Shown piece by piece: positions 1 through 18,331 of a stretch of DNA of 64,000 bases. A program made the position numbers and the translations under genes. Origin of the DNA: the human T2T-CHM13v2.0 reference genome, Homo sapiens; NCBI RefSeq assembly GCF_009914755.1, contig NC_060933.1; one strand, 5' to 3'. Below the pieces are notes generated by a model. The model did not search any database. It was not told the origin of the DNA and saw only the letters and a program-made list of their open reading frames with translations. Position 1 is the stretch's first letter. Each line of letters opens with the position of its first letter.

Positions 1-307
<307 letters not shown>

Positions 308-1587
308 TAGTGATGTTGAGCATTTTTTCATAAATCTGTTGGCCATTTCTTCTTTTGAGAAGTGTCTGTTCATATCTTTTGCCCATTTTTAATTGGATTT
401 TTTTTTTTGCTATTCAGTTGTGTGAGCTCCTTGTATATTATGGTTATTAATCTGTTGTCAGATGGATAGTTTGCAAATATTTTCTCCCATTCTGTGGGTT
501 GTCTCTTCACTTTATGATTGTTTCTTTTGTTGTGCAGAAGCTTTTTAGCTTGATGTAAACCTGTTTGTCTATTTTTGCTTTGGTGGCCTCTGCTTTTGAG
601 ATCCTATACAAAAAATCTTAGCTCAGACCAATGTCCTGGAGCATATCCCCAATGTTTTCTTCTAGTAGTTTCACAGTTTCAGGTTTTAGATTTAAGTCTT
701 TGATCCATTTTTATTTGATTTTTGTGCATGGTGAGAGATAGGGATCTAGTTTCATTCTTCTGCATATAGTCTTCTAGTTTTCCCAGCACCATTTATTGAA
801 GACTATCTTCTCATTGTATGTTCTTGGTGCCTTTGTCAAAGATGAGTTAGCTGTAAATGACTGGATTTATAGTGGGGTTCTCTATTCTGTTCCATTGGTT
901 TATATGTCTGTTTTTATGCCAGTACCATGCTATTTTGGTTAATATGGCTTTGGAGTATATTTTGAAATCAGGCATTGTGATGCTTCCAGCTTTCTTCTTT
1001 TTGCTCAGGATTGCTTTGGCTATTTGGGGTCTTTTGTGATTCCATTTAAATTTTAGGGTTTTATTTTTCTATTTCTGTGGAGAATATCATTGGTATTTTG
1101 ATAGGGATTGCATTGAATCTGTAAATTGCTTTGGATATTGTTGTTATTTTAGCAATATTAATTCTTTCAATCCATGAGTATGAAATATGTATCTTTCCTT
1201 TTTGTATGTCCTCCTCAATTTCTTTCATCAGAGTTTTATAGTTTTTCTTCTACAGGTCTTTCACTTCTTTGGTATTTTGATAGGGATTGCACTGAATCTG
1301 TAAATTGCTTTGGATAGTATTGTTATTTTGGCAATATTAATTTAGTAATATTCTTTCAATTCATGAGTATGAAATATTATATCTTTCCTTTTTTGTGTGT
1401 CCTCCTCAATTTCTTTCATCAGAGTTTTATAGTTTTTCTTATATAGATCTTTCACTTCTTTGGTTAGAATGATTTCTAGGTATTTTATATTTTTTGTAGC
1501 TATTGTAAATGGCATTGATTTCCTGATTTCTTTTTCAGATTGTTCACTGTTGGTGTATATAAATGCTACTGATTTTTGTATGTTAAA

Positions 1588-1877
1588 TTTTTTTTTTTTT
1601 TTGAGATGGAGTCTTACTCTGTCACCCAGGCTGGAGTGCAGTGGTGAAATCTCAACTCACTACAACCTCCGCCTCCAGGGTTCAAGTGATTCTCCTCTAG
1701 CCTCCTGAGTAGCTGGGATTACAGGTGCACACAGCCACACCCAGCTAATTTTTGTATTTTTAGTAGAGACAGGGTTTCACCATGTCAGGCTGGTCTCAAA
1801 CCCCTGACCTCAGGTGATCCACCCACCTTGGCCTCCCATAGTGCTGGGATTACAGGCGTGAGCCACCGCGCCCAGCC
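1588..1877 (-). mobile_element. Alu inserted in L1
   Basis: Poly-T followed by antisense Alu body. Confidence 0.95.
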
Positions 1878-2835
1878 ATTATGTTGATTTTGTGTTCTGC
1901 AACTTTACTGAATTCACTTATCAACTCAGTTTTTTGGTGGAGTCTTTGGGTTTTTTAAATTTTTGTTTCCAACTATTATTTTAGGTTCAAGGGGTAACAT
2001 GTGTTACATGGGTAAATTGCATAAATCTTTGTTTTTTCTAGCTATAACATCATGTTATCTACAAACAAGGCTAATTTGATTTCTTCCTTTCCAATTTGAA
2101 TGCCCTTTATTTCTTTCTCTTGCTCAATTGCTCTGGCCAGGACTTCACGTTTTATGTTGAATAAAAGTGCTGAAAATGGACATCGTTGTCTTATTTCAGT
2201 CCTTAGAAGAAAGACCTTCAATTTTTTCCCATTCAGTATGAAGTTAACTATCATATATGGCCTTTATTGTTTTGAGGTATGTTCCTTCTATACCTATTTT
2301 GATGATGGTTTTTATCATAAACAGATGTTGAATTTTATCAAATGCTTTTTTCAGCACCTATTGAAATAATCATACGGTTTTTATTCTTGATTCTTTGAAT
2401 GTGATGTGTCACATTTAATGATTTGTATATGTTGAACCATCCTTGCATCCCTAGGATGAATCCCACTTTATCATGGTGAATGATCTTTTTTATGTGTTGT
2501 TGAATTCAGTTTACTAGTATTTTGTTGACGATTTTTGTATCTATGTTCATTGTTGATATTGGTCTGTAGTTTTCTTTTTTCTTGTTGTGTCCTTGTCTGG
2601 TTTTGGTATCAGGGTAATGCTGGCCTTGTAGAATGTGTTTGGAAATACTCCCTCCTCTTCAATTGTTTAGAAGCATTTAAGTAGGATTGCTATTAGTTCT
2701 TTAAATGTTTGGTAGAATTCAGCAGTGAAGTCATCAAGTTCTGGGCTTTTCTTTGATGAGAGGCTTTTTACTATGGCTTCAATCTTATTACTCATCATTG
2801 GTTTGTTGCGGTTTTCTATTTCTTCATAGTTCAAA

Positions 2836-3124
<289 letters not shown>

Positions 3125-6100
3125 TGATTCAATCTTGATAGGTTGTATGTGTCCAGGAATGTATCCATTTCTTCTAAGTTTTCCAATTTGTTGGCATATA
3201 TTTGTTCATAATACTTGCTAATGATTCTTTGTATTTCTGAGGTCTCAGTTATTATGTCTCCTTTTTCATTTCTGATTTTATTTATTCAGGTTTGTGCTCT
3301 TCCTACTTAATCTAGCGAAAGGTTTTATCTTCTGTTTTTTTTTTGTTTTTTTTTTTTTTTTTTTTTTAGTCTTAGTTTCATGTATTTCTGCTCTGATCTT
3401 TATTGTTTCTTTCCTTCTACCAGTTTGGGGTTTGTTCTTTCTTTTCTAGTGCCTTGAGGTGCAACATTAAGTTATTTTATTTGAAGTCTTTCTACTTTTT
3501 TGATACAGGCATTTATTGCTATAAACTTCCCTCTTGGTACTGGGCTCTTGCCATACCCCATAGATTTTGGTATGTTTTATTTCCATTTTCATTTATTTGT
3601 TTGAAGAAATTTTAAAAGTTCCTTCTTAACTTTTTCATTGGCCATTTAAGACCATGTTGTATAATTTCCATGTGTTTGTGCATTTTCCAAAGTTCCTCTT
3701 GTTACTGATTTCTAGTTTTATTTCATTGTGGTCAGAAAAGCTACTTGATATGATTTCTATTTTGAAAATTTTTTCAGATATATTTTGTGGCCTAAGATAT
3801 GGTCTATTCTGAAGAATATTCCATGTGCTGATGAAAAGAATATGTATTCTGCAGCACAAAATACACAGTATGAAGTTAGCTATCATATGGGTGAAATGTT
3901 CTGTAAATGTTAGTTAGGCCTATTCTAGTGTGTAGTTTATGCTCTTTGTTGATTTTCTGTCTGGATGATCTGTCCATTACTGAGAGTGGGGTGTTAAAGT
4001 CCGCTACTATTATTATATTGCAGTCTACCCTTTTAGATATTAATGTTTGCTTTATATACCTAGGAGTTCTGGTGTTGTGTGCATAGATATTTATAATTGT
4101 TATACCCTCTTGCTTAATTGACCCCTTTCATGATCATCTTTGTCTCTTTTTACAATCTTAGATTTGTAGTCTATTTTATATAAGTATAGCTACTCCTGCT
4201 ATTTTTGGTTTCCAGTTGCATGGAATATCATTTTTCACTGCTTCTCTTTCAGTCTGTGTGTCTTTATAAGTGAAGAGAGTTTCTTGAAGGCAGCATATAG
4301 TTTGGTCTTGCTTTTTTAATTCCTTCAGCCATTCTAAGCTTTTTATTTGAAAATTGAGACCATTTACATTCAGTGTTACTATTAAGTAAAGACTTACTAC
4401 TGCCATTTTGTTGCCTATTTTCTGATAGTTTTAAGACTCCTTTCTTTTCTTTCCTACTGTCTTCTTTGGTGGTTACTTTCTCTGATAGTACGTTTTAATT
4501 TGTTGTTTTTTATTTTTAGTGAATATATTGTAGGTTTTTGGGCTGTGGTTACCAGGAGGGTTACAAAAAACATTGTATAGATATAAAAAGTTATTTTAAA
4601 GAGATAATATTTTGGATTACAAAGAAAGGAATAGAAACAAAGACAAACACACATACACACAAAATGCCACATTTTGACTTAGTTGTCTCAATTTACATAT
4701 TTTTATATTACATCTCTTAACAGGTTGCTATAGCTATTGTTTTTGATTGGGCTTCATACTAGAGTTATGAGTGCTTACACACCACAATTATTGTAACAGA
4801 GTATTCTCAGTATTCTAGAGAATTCTTAAAATTAAGTATTCATGTACTTAATTTTACCAGTGGGTAAATAAAGGAAAGTTTTCTTTTTGTATGTTAATGT
4901 TGTTTTTTTTCCTTTCAGATTGAAGAACCCCCTTTACCATTTACTGTAAGATGATGGGTCTGATGGGGGTGGATTCTCTGAACTTTAGTTGTTTGGGAAA
5001 GACTATTTCTCCTTCATATTCAAAGGGTAATTTTGCTGGATACAGTGTTCTTAGATGGCTTTTTTTTTCTTTGAGCACTTTGAATATGTTGTTCCACTCC
5101 CTCCTGTCTGTATGGTTTTTCATTGAAAAGTCTGTTACCAGAAGAATTGGAGGTCCTTTATATGTTATTTGCTTCTTTTCTCTTGCTGCTTTTGAGATCC
5201 TCTCTTTGTCCTTGACCTTTGAGAGTTTGGTTATTACATACCTTGGGGTAGTCTTATTTGGGTTGAATCTCTTGGGTATTATCAGACCTTCCCGTACTGG
5301 AGATTTATATCTTTCTCAAGCTCTGGAAAATTTTGTATTTTTTCTTTCTGCCCTCTGCCTTTGCTCAGCTCCCTTTTGAACATCAAGAATTCTTAGATTT
5401 GGTTTTTGAGGTAATTTTCTATATCTTGTAGGCAGTTTTTGTTCTTTTTCTTTCTTTTTTCTTTTTTCTCCTCTGACTGTATTTTCAAATAGCTGGTCTT
5501 TGAGCTCACTGATTCTTCCCTCTGGTTGTTCCATTTGGATGTTGAGAGCCTCTAATTAGTTGTTCAGCTCAGCAAACGTATTTCTCAGTTCCAAAATTTG
5601 TTTGAGTTTTTAAAGTTAACTTTAAAAATTTAACAAATTCTCTTTGTTAAATTTCTCCAGCAATTTTCTGAATTGCTTTTCTGTATTATTTTAGAGATCA
5701 CTGAATTTCCTTGAAACTGCTCTTTTGAATTTTTGGTCAGAGAGCTCACAAATGACTGTCTTGTTAGGGTCGGTCACTGGATTTTTCCTTTGTCCTTTTG
5801 CAGAGGTCACATTTCCCTATTCAGTGTTGTTTCTTGTGGGTATATGTCTATGTCTTTGCATTGAAGGATTGGTTATTTATTCCAGCTTCCTCTATTCAAC
5901 TTGTCTTGGTTTTTATTGGATATATTTTCTTAGCAAATCTTCACTACTATTGCCTTTTTCTTGGCTATAGGTGATATCTTAAGCCCAGGTTTGCCTTGCC
6001 TCTAGCAAATGGTCAGGGCACTGTCTGCCCCAAATGGGAGAGTCTGAAAATGATTATCCCAACAGTGACAGAAGTCTGGCTAGAGGTTCGTGCCCAAGGG

Positions 6101-6650
6101 ACCTGTGGCACAAATTAGCTATTGTGATTTGGCTCCTTTGCCTGAGTTACCGAGCAGAGTTTCCAGGGCTGGGGAAGGTAGTCCCTTCTCCCCTCTTTGT
6201 CTCTCCTTTCAGGCAGTCATGATGCTTTCCACAGGTTAAATAAAGAAGTCTCCTGCCAGGGAATCCAAGATGGAGGGAAAGCTAGTTGACTATGCCACTC
6301 TCACTTTTTCCAGCATAGAAACCATGAGTTTGGGGAAGATTTTCCATGTGGTTGTTGTCAGGCAGAATGGGCAGGGTGGGGCATCATGGATATGGAAGTT
6401 GGATTCTCCTACCGTCTGCTTGAAGTTTTTTCACTTCTCTGTGTCCCTAGGATCTGTCTCATCCTCATATTTGAGATGTGAGTTGTTGCTAGTGAAAATT
6501 TTGGCATTGTATATTTGTTTTTGGTTTCCCATATGAGCAGTGAAGCCAGCTTGCTTCTGTGCCACCATTTTAAAACGATAAGTCAGATTACTGCTTTTTA
6601 TTGTAAACTTTAACAAACTATTTGACTCTCTAAACTATATGCATATGCAA

Positions 6651-8656
<2,006 letters not shown>

Positions 8657-9149
8657 TACTTTTAATTATTTTTGAGAGTATGTTTGTAAAACTGAGTATA
8701 TTTCCTAACTTAATACTGGAACTATTCCATCTCCACTTTGAACCTTGGTTTCACATAAATTAGATGAGACTGAAAACATTTATTATGTTTTAAAAACTAA
8801 AATATAATCATCACTTCATAATATAGTAATTTAATATTACACTGGATTGCTATATCATGGGATCTTAAAAAGATGCCAATGTCATTATAGCAGTATGTTG
8901 AAGGCATACTATGATCAAATCTCTGCAGGTTGTTTTGAGGCCCAGCAAATTAAACTCCAAAAATAACCCAACTTACAAAGAGGATTAATATGAATGAGGA
9001 AATACTGCCCTAATGTGGCAAAGCTTAGAGTTATGCAGGTGGATCTTTAATAAAAAATTTTTTATTCAACTCAAACAAAAAACTCACTGAAAAGAATATG
9101 TGTATATCAGTAAGAAATGTTTTACAACAATATAAAATAAACGTTTTAC

Positions 9150-9334
9150 CTTGGTTCTGGTTTTGAAGTGCTGAACATTTTTCTAAACAACTGACAGGGG
9201 TAAAGACTTCATTGTAGTCCATGTGGGTGTATAAACTGACCTCCTCTACTTCAATTTGGGAGTCTGGATTTGAACTTGGAACAACTTCCTCAAATTCACA
9301 ATTAATCTGGGTCACCATTCTTGTAATTGTTTTT
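9150..9334 (-). CDS. SHOC1: SHOC1 exon 5, [61 protein letters not shown]
   Basis: Acceptor ttttatattgtcacag| and donor AAG|gtaaaa. Matches ORF 9031..9318(-) and the recalled SHOC1 protein. The gene continues below position 1. Confidence 0.95.
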
Positions 9335-9894
9335 CTGTGACAATATAAAATTACTAATGTTATGTATGTCCTATTTTAAAACACTTTTATTAGTAGATAA
9401 TATATGTCCACTGTGGAAAAAATTATCAAATTCCAACAGACACAGAGAAGAAACATCTATATTCCCATCATTCAAGATAAATATAAAAAGTATGTAAATT
9501 TCTCAATTAAAAAAATCTTTAAACAATAGTGGACTAATGACAACAGTATTCTATAACCTGTTCTTTTCTGTAAAAAAAATGAAGAATGAACACATTTACA
9601 TGTCAATCAATGTACATTCACCTAATATTTGAATGGATAAACAGGGTATCAGTAAATCATAATTTATTCAACCAATTCTCTATTGTTGGAAATTTAAGTT
9701 TGTTATAATTGCTTGCTATTATAAGCAACAATGCAAAGAACATCTATATGCACTAATAATCTGAAATATATTTCTTCAAAACAGAAATGATAAAGTTAAA
9801 AGTATACAGATTTTTAGGTTTTGCCACACATTGCCAAACTGCCCTTGTGCTAGATATTCAATGTCGTTCCTCAATAAAATTACCCAGCCTTTTA

Positions 9895-10980
9895 TGTTCT
9901 GTTCCGTAACCTGGGAAGCTAACCTCTATGAACTAACCAAGATTCCTTGTTCTCTGGCTTCTAGATGGGTTCAGCCATGGAAAGCACTGGCAGAAGATCA
10001 AAGGTGAGGGAGACAGGTTGGAATATTATTCCTCCCAAATACTTCTCTGTTAGGCCACAGCTTGGAATTGGCTGCACTCTTCCACCAAAAGTTACATCTT
10101 TTGTCAGACAGCCCTACTCCTGTAGTTCTTACTAGGTTGGTAACTGCCCAGGCACCTTGTTCCTTCAACCTTAGGGTGGTAACAACTTTGTAACCGCCCA
10201 ACGGGTTCACCTTGCCCGCTGCCTAGACAAAGCTGATTTATCAAGACGGGAATTGCAATGGATAGAGACGCAGAGCCAGCTGTGCGGGACACCGGTCTTT
10301 TATTATTACTCAAATCAGTCTCCCTGAGCATTTGTGGATCAGAGTTTTTAAAGACAATTTGGCAGGTAAGGGCTTGGGAAGTGGGGAGTGCTGACTGTTC
10401 AGGTTGGAGATGGAAATATAGGGGGTGGAAGTGAGGTTTTCTTGGGGTCTTCTGCTCCTGGGTGGGATCGCAGAACTGGTTGAGCCAGATTACCAGCTAG
10501 GTGGTATCAGCTGATCCATAGAGTGCAGGGTCTGCAAAATATCTCAAGCCCTGATCTTTGGTTTTACAATAGTGATGTTATCCCGAGGAACAATTTGGAG
10601 AGGTTCAGACTCTTGCAGCCAGAGGCCGCATGACTCCTAAACCAAAATTTCTAATCTTGTAGCTAATTTGTTAGTCCTACAAACGCAGTCTGGTCCCCAG
10701 GCAAAAAGTGGGTCTTTTCAGGAAAAGGCTATTATCAATTTTGTTTCAGAGTCAAATCATACACTAAATTCCTTCCCAAGGTTAGTTCAGCCTACACCCA
10801 GGAATGAACAAGGACAGCTTAAAGGTTCGAGGCAGGATGGAATCAGTTAGGTTTGATCTCTTTCACTGTCATAATTTCCTCAGTTACAATTTTTGCGAAG
10901 GCGGTTTCAACTTCCTACTGTTGCTAGTCCTGAGGACATCTTTTTGGCTCTTTTAACCTTGCCCTTACCTGTTTCCTGAT
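9895..10980. mobile_element. Old ERVL-type LTR (LTR33-like) interrupted by LTR8
   Basis: ctctggcttctagatgggttcagccatggaaagcactggcagaagatc resembles the recalled LTR33 consensus. Confidence 0.55.
10189..10909 (-). mobile_element. Solo LTR8-family (ERV1) LTR
   Basis: Minus strand begins TGAAACCGCCTTCGCAAAA and ends GTTACA. 4-bp TSD ACTT/ACTT. Confidence 0.9.
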
Positions 10981-11844
10981 TGATAACAGGTATATCTGTA
11001 TCATACCATTAGAATGGCTGGCATTACAAGAGATCTTCCAATAGATAAATATATTATTGGCAACTTAGTTATACATCCTAATATATGTTTTTCCTAATAT
11101 CCTGGAATATTTCAGCCCTAATAATACCCTTGTACAGACTGAAAGAAACAAAATCAATATAACTCTCCAATATAATTGGAGAAAAGACCAATTGTGTCAT
11201 ATCTTAAAATCATAGGTGGAGAAAGCTTTAGAATTTATCCTTTACTCTAAGAAAATACAAAGTAGAAGAAAAAATATTTTAACTCTTCCATGTCCATATT
11301 ATTCATTAAGATCATTGATTCCTATGTGGATCGTTATATACTGAACTTAGTGCTTACATAGGTGCTGTCTTTTTAAAATAAATGTTGCTGACAGGGTCAG
11401 CACTCTATAGCAATAATTGGTACTACAGTTTTGAGACTACCTAGTCAATTTTCTTTCTGTAGATATACAAGATCTATGAAGATCAGTGTTTCCTGGCTCT
11501 CCTCATCCACCTCCCTGTCCAATATATTTATTCTGTTTTCACTGGTGCCTCCTCCTTTGCATAACCTGTGGACACTGGTCTTTTCCAGGTTTCTACTCTA
11601 AATTATCTTTGCTTTTCTTCTATATCATTCTTTTTGAGTAAGTTCATCTACTCCTATTCATTCATTTGCAAACTTAACAAAACTATTTATTGAGTGTCTA
11701 CAATGTGCTAACACCATTCTAGATGCTGGGAATGGGGTGGTAAACAAAACAAAGTTCTTTCCTTCATGGAGCTTATCTGCTAAAAGGAAGATAGACAAAT
11801 AAGTATATAATATAATTTCAGGTGGTAAAAAAATGTTATGAATG

Positions 11845-12496
<652 letters not shown>

Positions 12497-13037
12497 TGAA
12501 GCACAGATACATGTGACAACACGGATAAACCCTGAAAACATTATATTAAGTAAAAGAAACCAATCACAATAAAAGCACATATTGTATGATTCCACTTATG
12601 TGAAATATCCAGAATAGGCAAATCAACAGACAGAAAGTAGATTCTGATTCAGTTAGTCCGTTTTGGAGCCTGAGATTCTGCATTTCCAATCTATTTCTAG
12701 GTAGTGTTAATGCTGCCAGTCCAAAGGCCTACTTTGAGTAACAAGATGCGAGATGATCTCTAAGATCTTTTTTCACCTTATGAAACAATAATTTAGTTTT
12801 CACCAAACTAGCCTAATTATTGCCTTTGCTAAACACTTATTGCATATTCCTGTGTCTATGCCTGGAGACATGCTGTTTCCTCTGCCCAAAATGCTTTCTC
12901 TCAAGTTAATTTCTCTTTGATTGCCCAGCCCAAGCTCAATTCCTACTTCTGTGAAGCTGACCTCTCCTAGTTATAAATGCACAGCTCTACCAATCTAACT
13001 CATAAGGTGAAAAGACATCTTAGAGATCGTCTCGCAT

Positions 13038-13201
13038 CTTGTTACTCAAGGTAGGTCTTTGGACTGGCAGCATCATTACCACCTAGAAATAGATTAGAAT
13101 TGCAGAATCTCAGGCTCCAAAACAGACTAATTGAACCAGAATCTGCATTTTAATAAGATCCTCAGGGGATTCATATGTACAGTAAAGTTTGAGAAGCACT
13201 G
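13038..13201. mobile_element. MER5A (hAT-Charlie MITE)
   Basis: gaatctgcattttaataagatcctcaggggattcatatgtacagtaaagtttgagaagcactg matches the MER5A end. Confidence 0.8.
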
Positions 13202-14244
13202 ATCCATCATCATCATACTGATAAAATGAGGGTCACAGGTAAAATGACCAGCAAAGTAGTTAGCACTTGACTTTTCCAGTCAAGGCTTAAAAGCTACATA
13301 TTTTAATTCATAGTGCAGAGCTTTTTTCACTATGCCTTTCTGCTTCCTCGCTGCTAGGAGTTTACTCATATGATACATACTTCTAATTGGCTATATGCCT
13401 TGTAATAGACTTTATGTTGGTCATCCTATATTACCATTTAATTCTTGCATTGTTAATTTTTTCTATGTTTATCTATTATTTTCCTAACCTGACTTTAAAT
13501 TCCTAGGTGACAGAGATGGTATATTGGGCTTCACTGTATCCAGAGTCTAGACACCTTTCAATGTTTTTTTGTTTCTTTTAAGCACAACTAAGGAAAATTT
13601 AAATTACAGAAACTTGAAAATGTGAATAATAACAAAATCTCTCCTAGGCTGGATCAGCGTTCTGTGCATGAAGTGAAGCAACAGAGTAAATTATTAAATT
13701 GCACCAAAATCTCTACTTTATGCCTACGTTTACAATGTAGAACAGGTTAGATGTTCCTCCTCATATTATGCTCTGGGTGCCTATCTCTGTCATTGTACTT
13801 TGCACATTGTATTGTAATTATTTCTTTATAAAACTCTATTCTTTGTTTTCTTGTGTTCTTTGAAGGTTAAGACAATGTCTTATTCATTTTTATATCTGTA
13901 TCTAATATATAGGATGATAATGAATATTTGATGAATGCTTAAATAATAAATAATGTTTTGACCAAATATATTACAAAATAGCCTTAAATCTGTATTTATA
14001 ACATAGGTGGAAAAAAGACTAATTTTAATATAAAGGACTTTTTATAGCTACTTTCTACAGAAAGTTTACTAATTGATAAACTAATTGAAAGTTTACTAAT
14101 TAAAAAAGAAGATATAAGTCACTCTTATTAACCACTCCTTTGTGGTTCAAATTAGGACCTTTTCTTCAGATAAAAGAAGAAAATCCATGAAGAGATAAAG
14201 GAAGAGATTTTCCCTCTTTAGGTATCTGGAGAACTTACTGTTTA

Positions 14245-14394
<150 letters not shown>

Positions 14395-14701
14395 TTAACA
14401 TTAATGTCTAGAATTTTCTTTTACACTTAATTCAAGGAAGCCAAACATTCACCTTTTACATTATGATTTTATCTTTATTTATTCACAAATGTATTTTTTC
14501 AAAGTGATACCTGATTCCAAATATTTGAATAGTCATCCTCATTATCATCAACCTACCCCCGCCCCTCAATCAACTACAGTTAGAACAATATCACCTGAAC
14601 ATATCACCCTCATTTTATAGCCTCTCTTTTGCTTATACAGCACTACCATCCCAAATAGTCCCTTTCAACTGCTCATGCTATACCTCATGAAGCTTCTATT
14701 A

Positions 14702-15592
<891 letters not shown>

Positions 15593-17059
15593 GTTTAGTG
15601 GTTAAGAGTACAGGTTCTGGAAACACTCTGCCTAGATTTTAATCCTTGGACTGCTACTTATTATCTATATGATCTTGGGTAAACATCTCAACCTTTTTGC
15701 ACCTCTGTTTTTTTTATGTACAAACTAGGAAGAATAGCCTTTTCAGAGTGTCGTTGTAAAGATTAAATGTAATGTGGCATGCAAACTGCTTAGAACACTT
15801 TAGGTTCCATAGCCAGTCCCATAACCATTGCTTTCAAAGAGTCTTGATTCTCTTGCCTCTCTTTCTCTTGTACTAACTTAGAACAACCCCTACTCTACAC
15901 TTTCTGTGTATGTACACTAAAACAGTTGAAAATTACTGGAAAAAAAATCACCCAGCCGTGCTAAAGGAACTCATTCCAAATTATGACTACAAATTTCAAA
16001 TGGCCACCCAACATTGACAGATGATAATAGTATACCCCTTAATAAAACTGGCTTTCTTGACCACAGATGAGGTCTAAAAAAAAAACAAAAACAAAAACAA
16101 GAAACAAAAACAAAACTGGCTTTCTTGCTCTTTAAGACAGCTAATTCACATATTACCCCTTCAAATCTTTAGTGTCCATTCCATTATCCACTTTCAGTGT
16201 ATGATCTTACCTTCACATAGAAAACTGATACAGAGAACTACCTCATTTTCCACCACCAATTCTACCAACTTACTGGCATAAGTACCTGCAAACTCTATCT
16301 TCCTATCTACACAGGGGAAGAATTATTTTAGTTCCTACTGAATACTAACTTCTCTAACTGTGCTCTTGATCCTATCCCCTTTTACTCCTGTTATCCTTTT
16401 TCTTTCCTGCATCATCTTATTCTCTTTTTACCAAAATTGTTTCCATTGGCAAACATTTTACAGTCTCTCTCATCATGTATTTTTTAAAAATCACACATAA
16501 AAAACAAAAAAGAATAACTCTTTACTCCACTTCTCCCATAAGTTAGTCCATCATTTAAAAATTTTTCTTCATAGCAAAATTCCCCAAAATATTCAAATTC
16601 ACTCTCTCACTTTCCCACTTCCCATTATCTTCTCAACATACTCCAATCATATTCCAATATATTCCTATCACACTCCAATTATATTCCAATCATATTAATA
16701 ACCAATATTCCAGGCAAACCACTCTTATCAAAGTCATCAATGACCTACATTTAGTCAAGCTAATGGTCAACTCACTATCCTCACATAACTTGAGCTTTTA
16801 ACAGGAGCCCAACACATTGGACTACTACTTCCTTCTTGAAGCACTTTCTTCTTTAGAATTCTATGCCAGAATCATTTGATTTTCCTATCTCGCTTCTTAG
16901 GTAACTCCTTTTACATCAGACTTTTAACTGTTAGAGTGTTCCAGGGCTCTGTCCTAGGTCTTCTAATCTATTTATACTCATGCTCTCAGTGACTTCATCT
17001 AGTTTCACAGGTTTATGTGTAATTTACATATTGAAAACTCCAATTTGAAGCTCTAGCTT

Positions 17060-17512
17060 GAGAAGCAGGTTCACTGTATACCGATTACCAACTTGTTTGA
17101 GTATGGTGAGACAGAATACCCATACACAGGAAGTTACATGAAGTAGATTTATTACTTACAGATAGGTAACAAGGGACAACAGAAGCCTAGGATTCATTGT
17201 GAACTGGTCCCGTAAGGCTCAGGAAAGCTGCCCAGGGCAAATGAAGTCTTCATATGCCACACTTGCACAGCAGCTGAAGAACCCCAGAAAGCAGTCCACC
17301 TGGGTTTGATGTTCTGAGATCAAAGGACGTGCTAGGCTAAAGCACTGAAGGACATCCTGTTTTGTGGGTGGGGGAAGACTGGCACAGAGAGTAGGCTGTT
17401 CTGGCCAGCTCCTCCTTTATCTCAGAATGTTGCATTCCCAGCACATTTTATAGTTATTCTTAAGAACTTCAAGTGAGGAAAGGAGGCCAAGGCCACCCAG
17501 AAAACTGTCCTG
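17060..17512 (-). mobile_element. Solo ERV LTR (family uncertain)
   Basis: TG-bounded, GC-richer block interrupting L2, with minus-strand AATAAA near 17150. Confidence 0.6.
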
Positions 17513-17998
17513 AGCAGCTGTGCTCAAGATTAATGTAACCAATTGCCTTCTTAATGATCCATTTAGATGCCTAATAATCTGGCCGAAGCACAGCTGTTGA
17601 CTCTGACCACAAATTGGCTTCTCTATAAGCCTTTCCCTATTTTAGGAAATGGCACTGTCATCTACCTGGTTTCTCAGGTCAAAAACCTAGAAGAAAATCT
17701 TTATTCTTCTATTTTGTGACCCCCTCACTGTTGACAATTTGTAAAATAAGCTAGATTTTAAGTACATCTCACATCTCCGTTACTATAAGCCTTGTCCAAG
17801 ACACTGTAATATTTTATCCAGAGTTTAGATTCTGGGCTACTACAATAGCTCCCTGATAGATTTCTCTGTCTCTCCTCTTGACTTTTAAATCCCCACCCTT
17901 TCTATTCTCCAGACAATCATAACTATCTTTCTACAGCATAAATCAGGTTATATCATTCCCTTTCTTAAAATTGTCCAGTGACTTCCCATATCCACAAT

Positions 17999-18331
17999 TG
18001 TCTTAGTCAGTCTATATAGCTATAACAAAAATATCATAGACTCGGTGGCTCAAACAACAAACATTCATTTCTCATAGCTTTGGAGGCTGGGAGGTCCAAG
18101 ATTAAGGCACCAGAAGATTCAGTGTCTAGTGAGGGCCCACTTCCTGGTTCATGGGTGGCTGTCTTCTTGCTGGCCTCACATGGCAGAAAGGTCAAGGGAG
18201 CTCTTTGGGGTCTCTTTTATAAGGGTACTAATCCCTTTCATGAGGACTCCATCCTCATGTTCTAGTCACCTCCCAAAGGCCCCACCTTCAAATATAAATT
18301 TGGGGGGACACAAACATTCAGTCTATTGCAG
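17999..18331 (-). mobile_element. MaLR LTR (MLT1A-like)
   Basis: tgtcttagtc...atttctcatagctttggaggctgggaggtccaagat is the MaLR signature. Confidence 0.85.
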
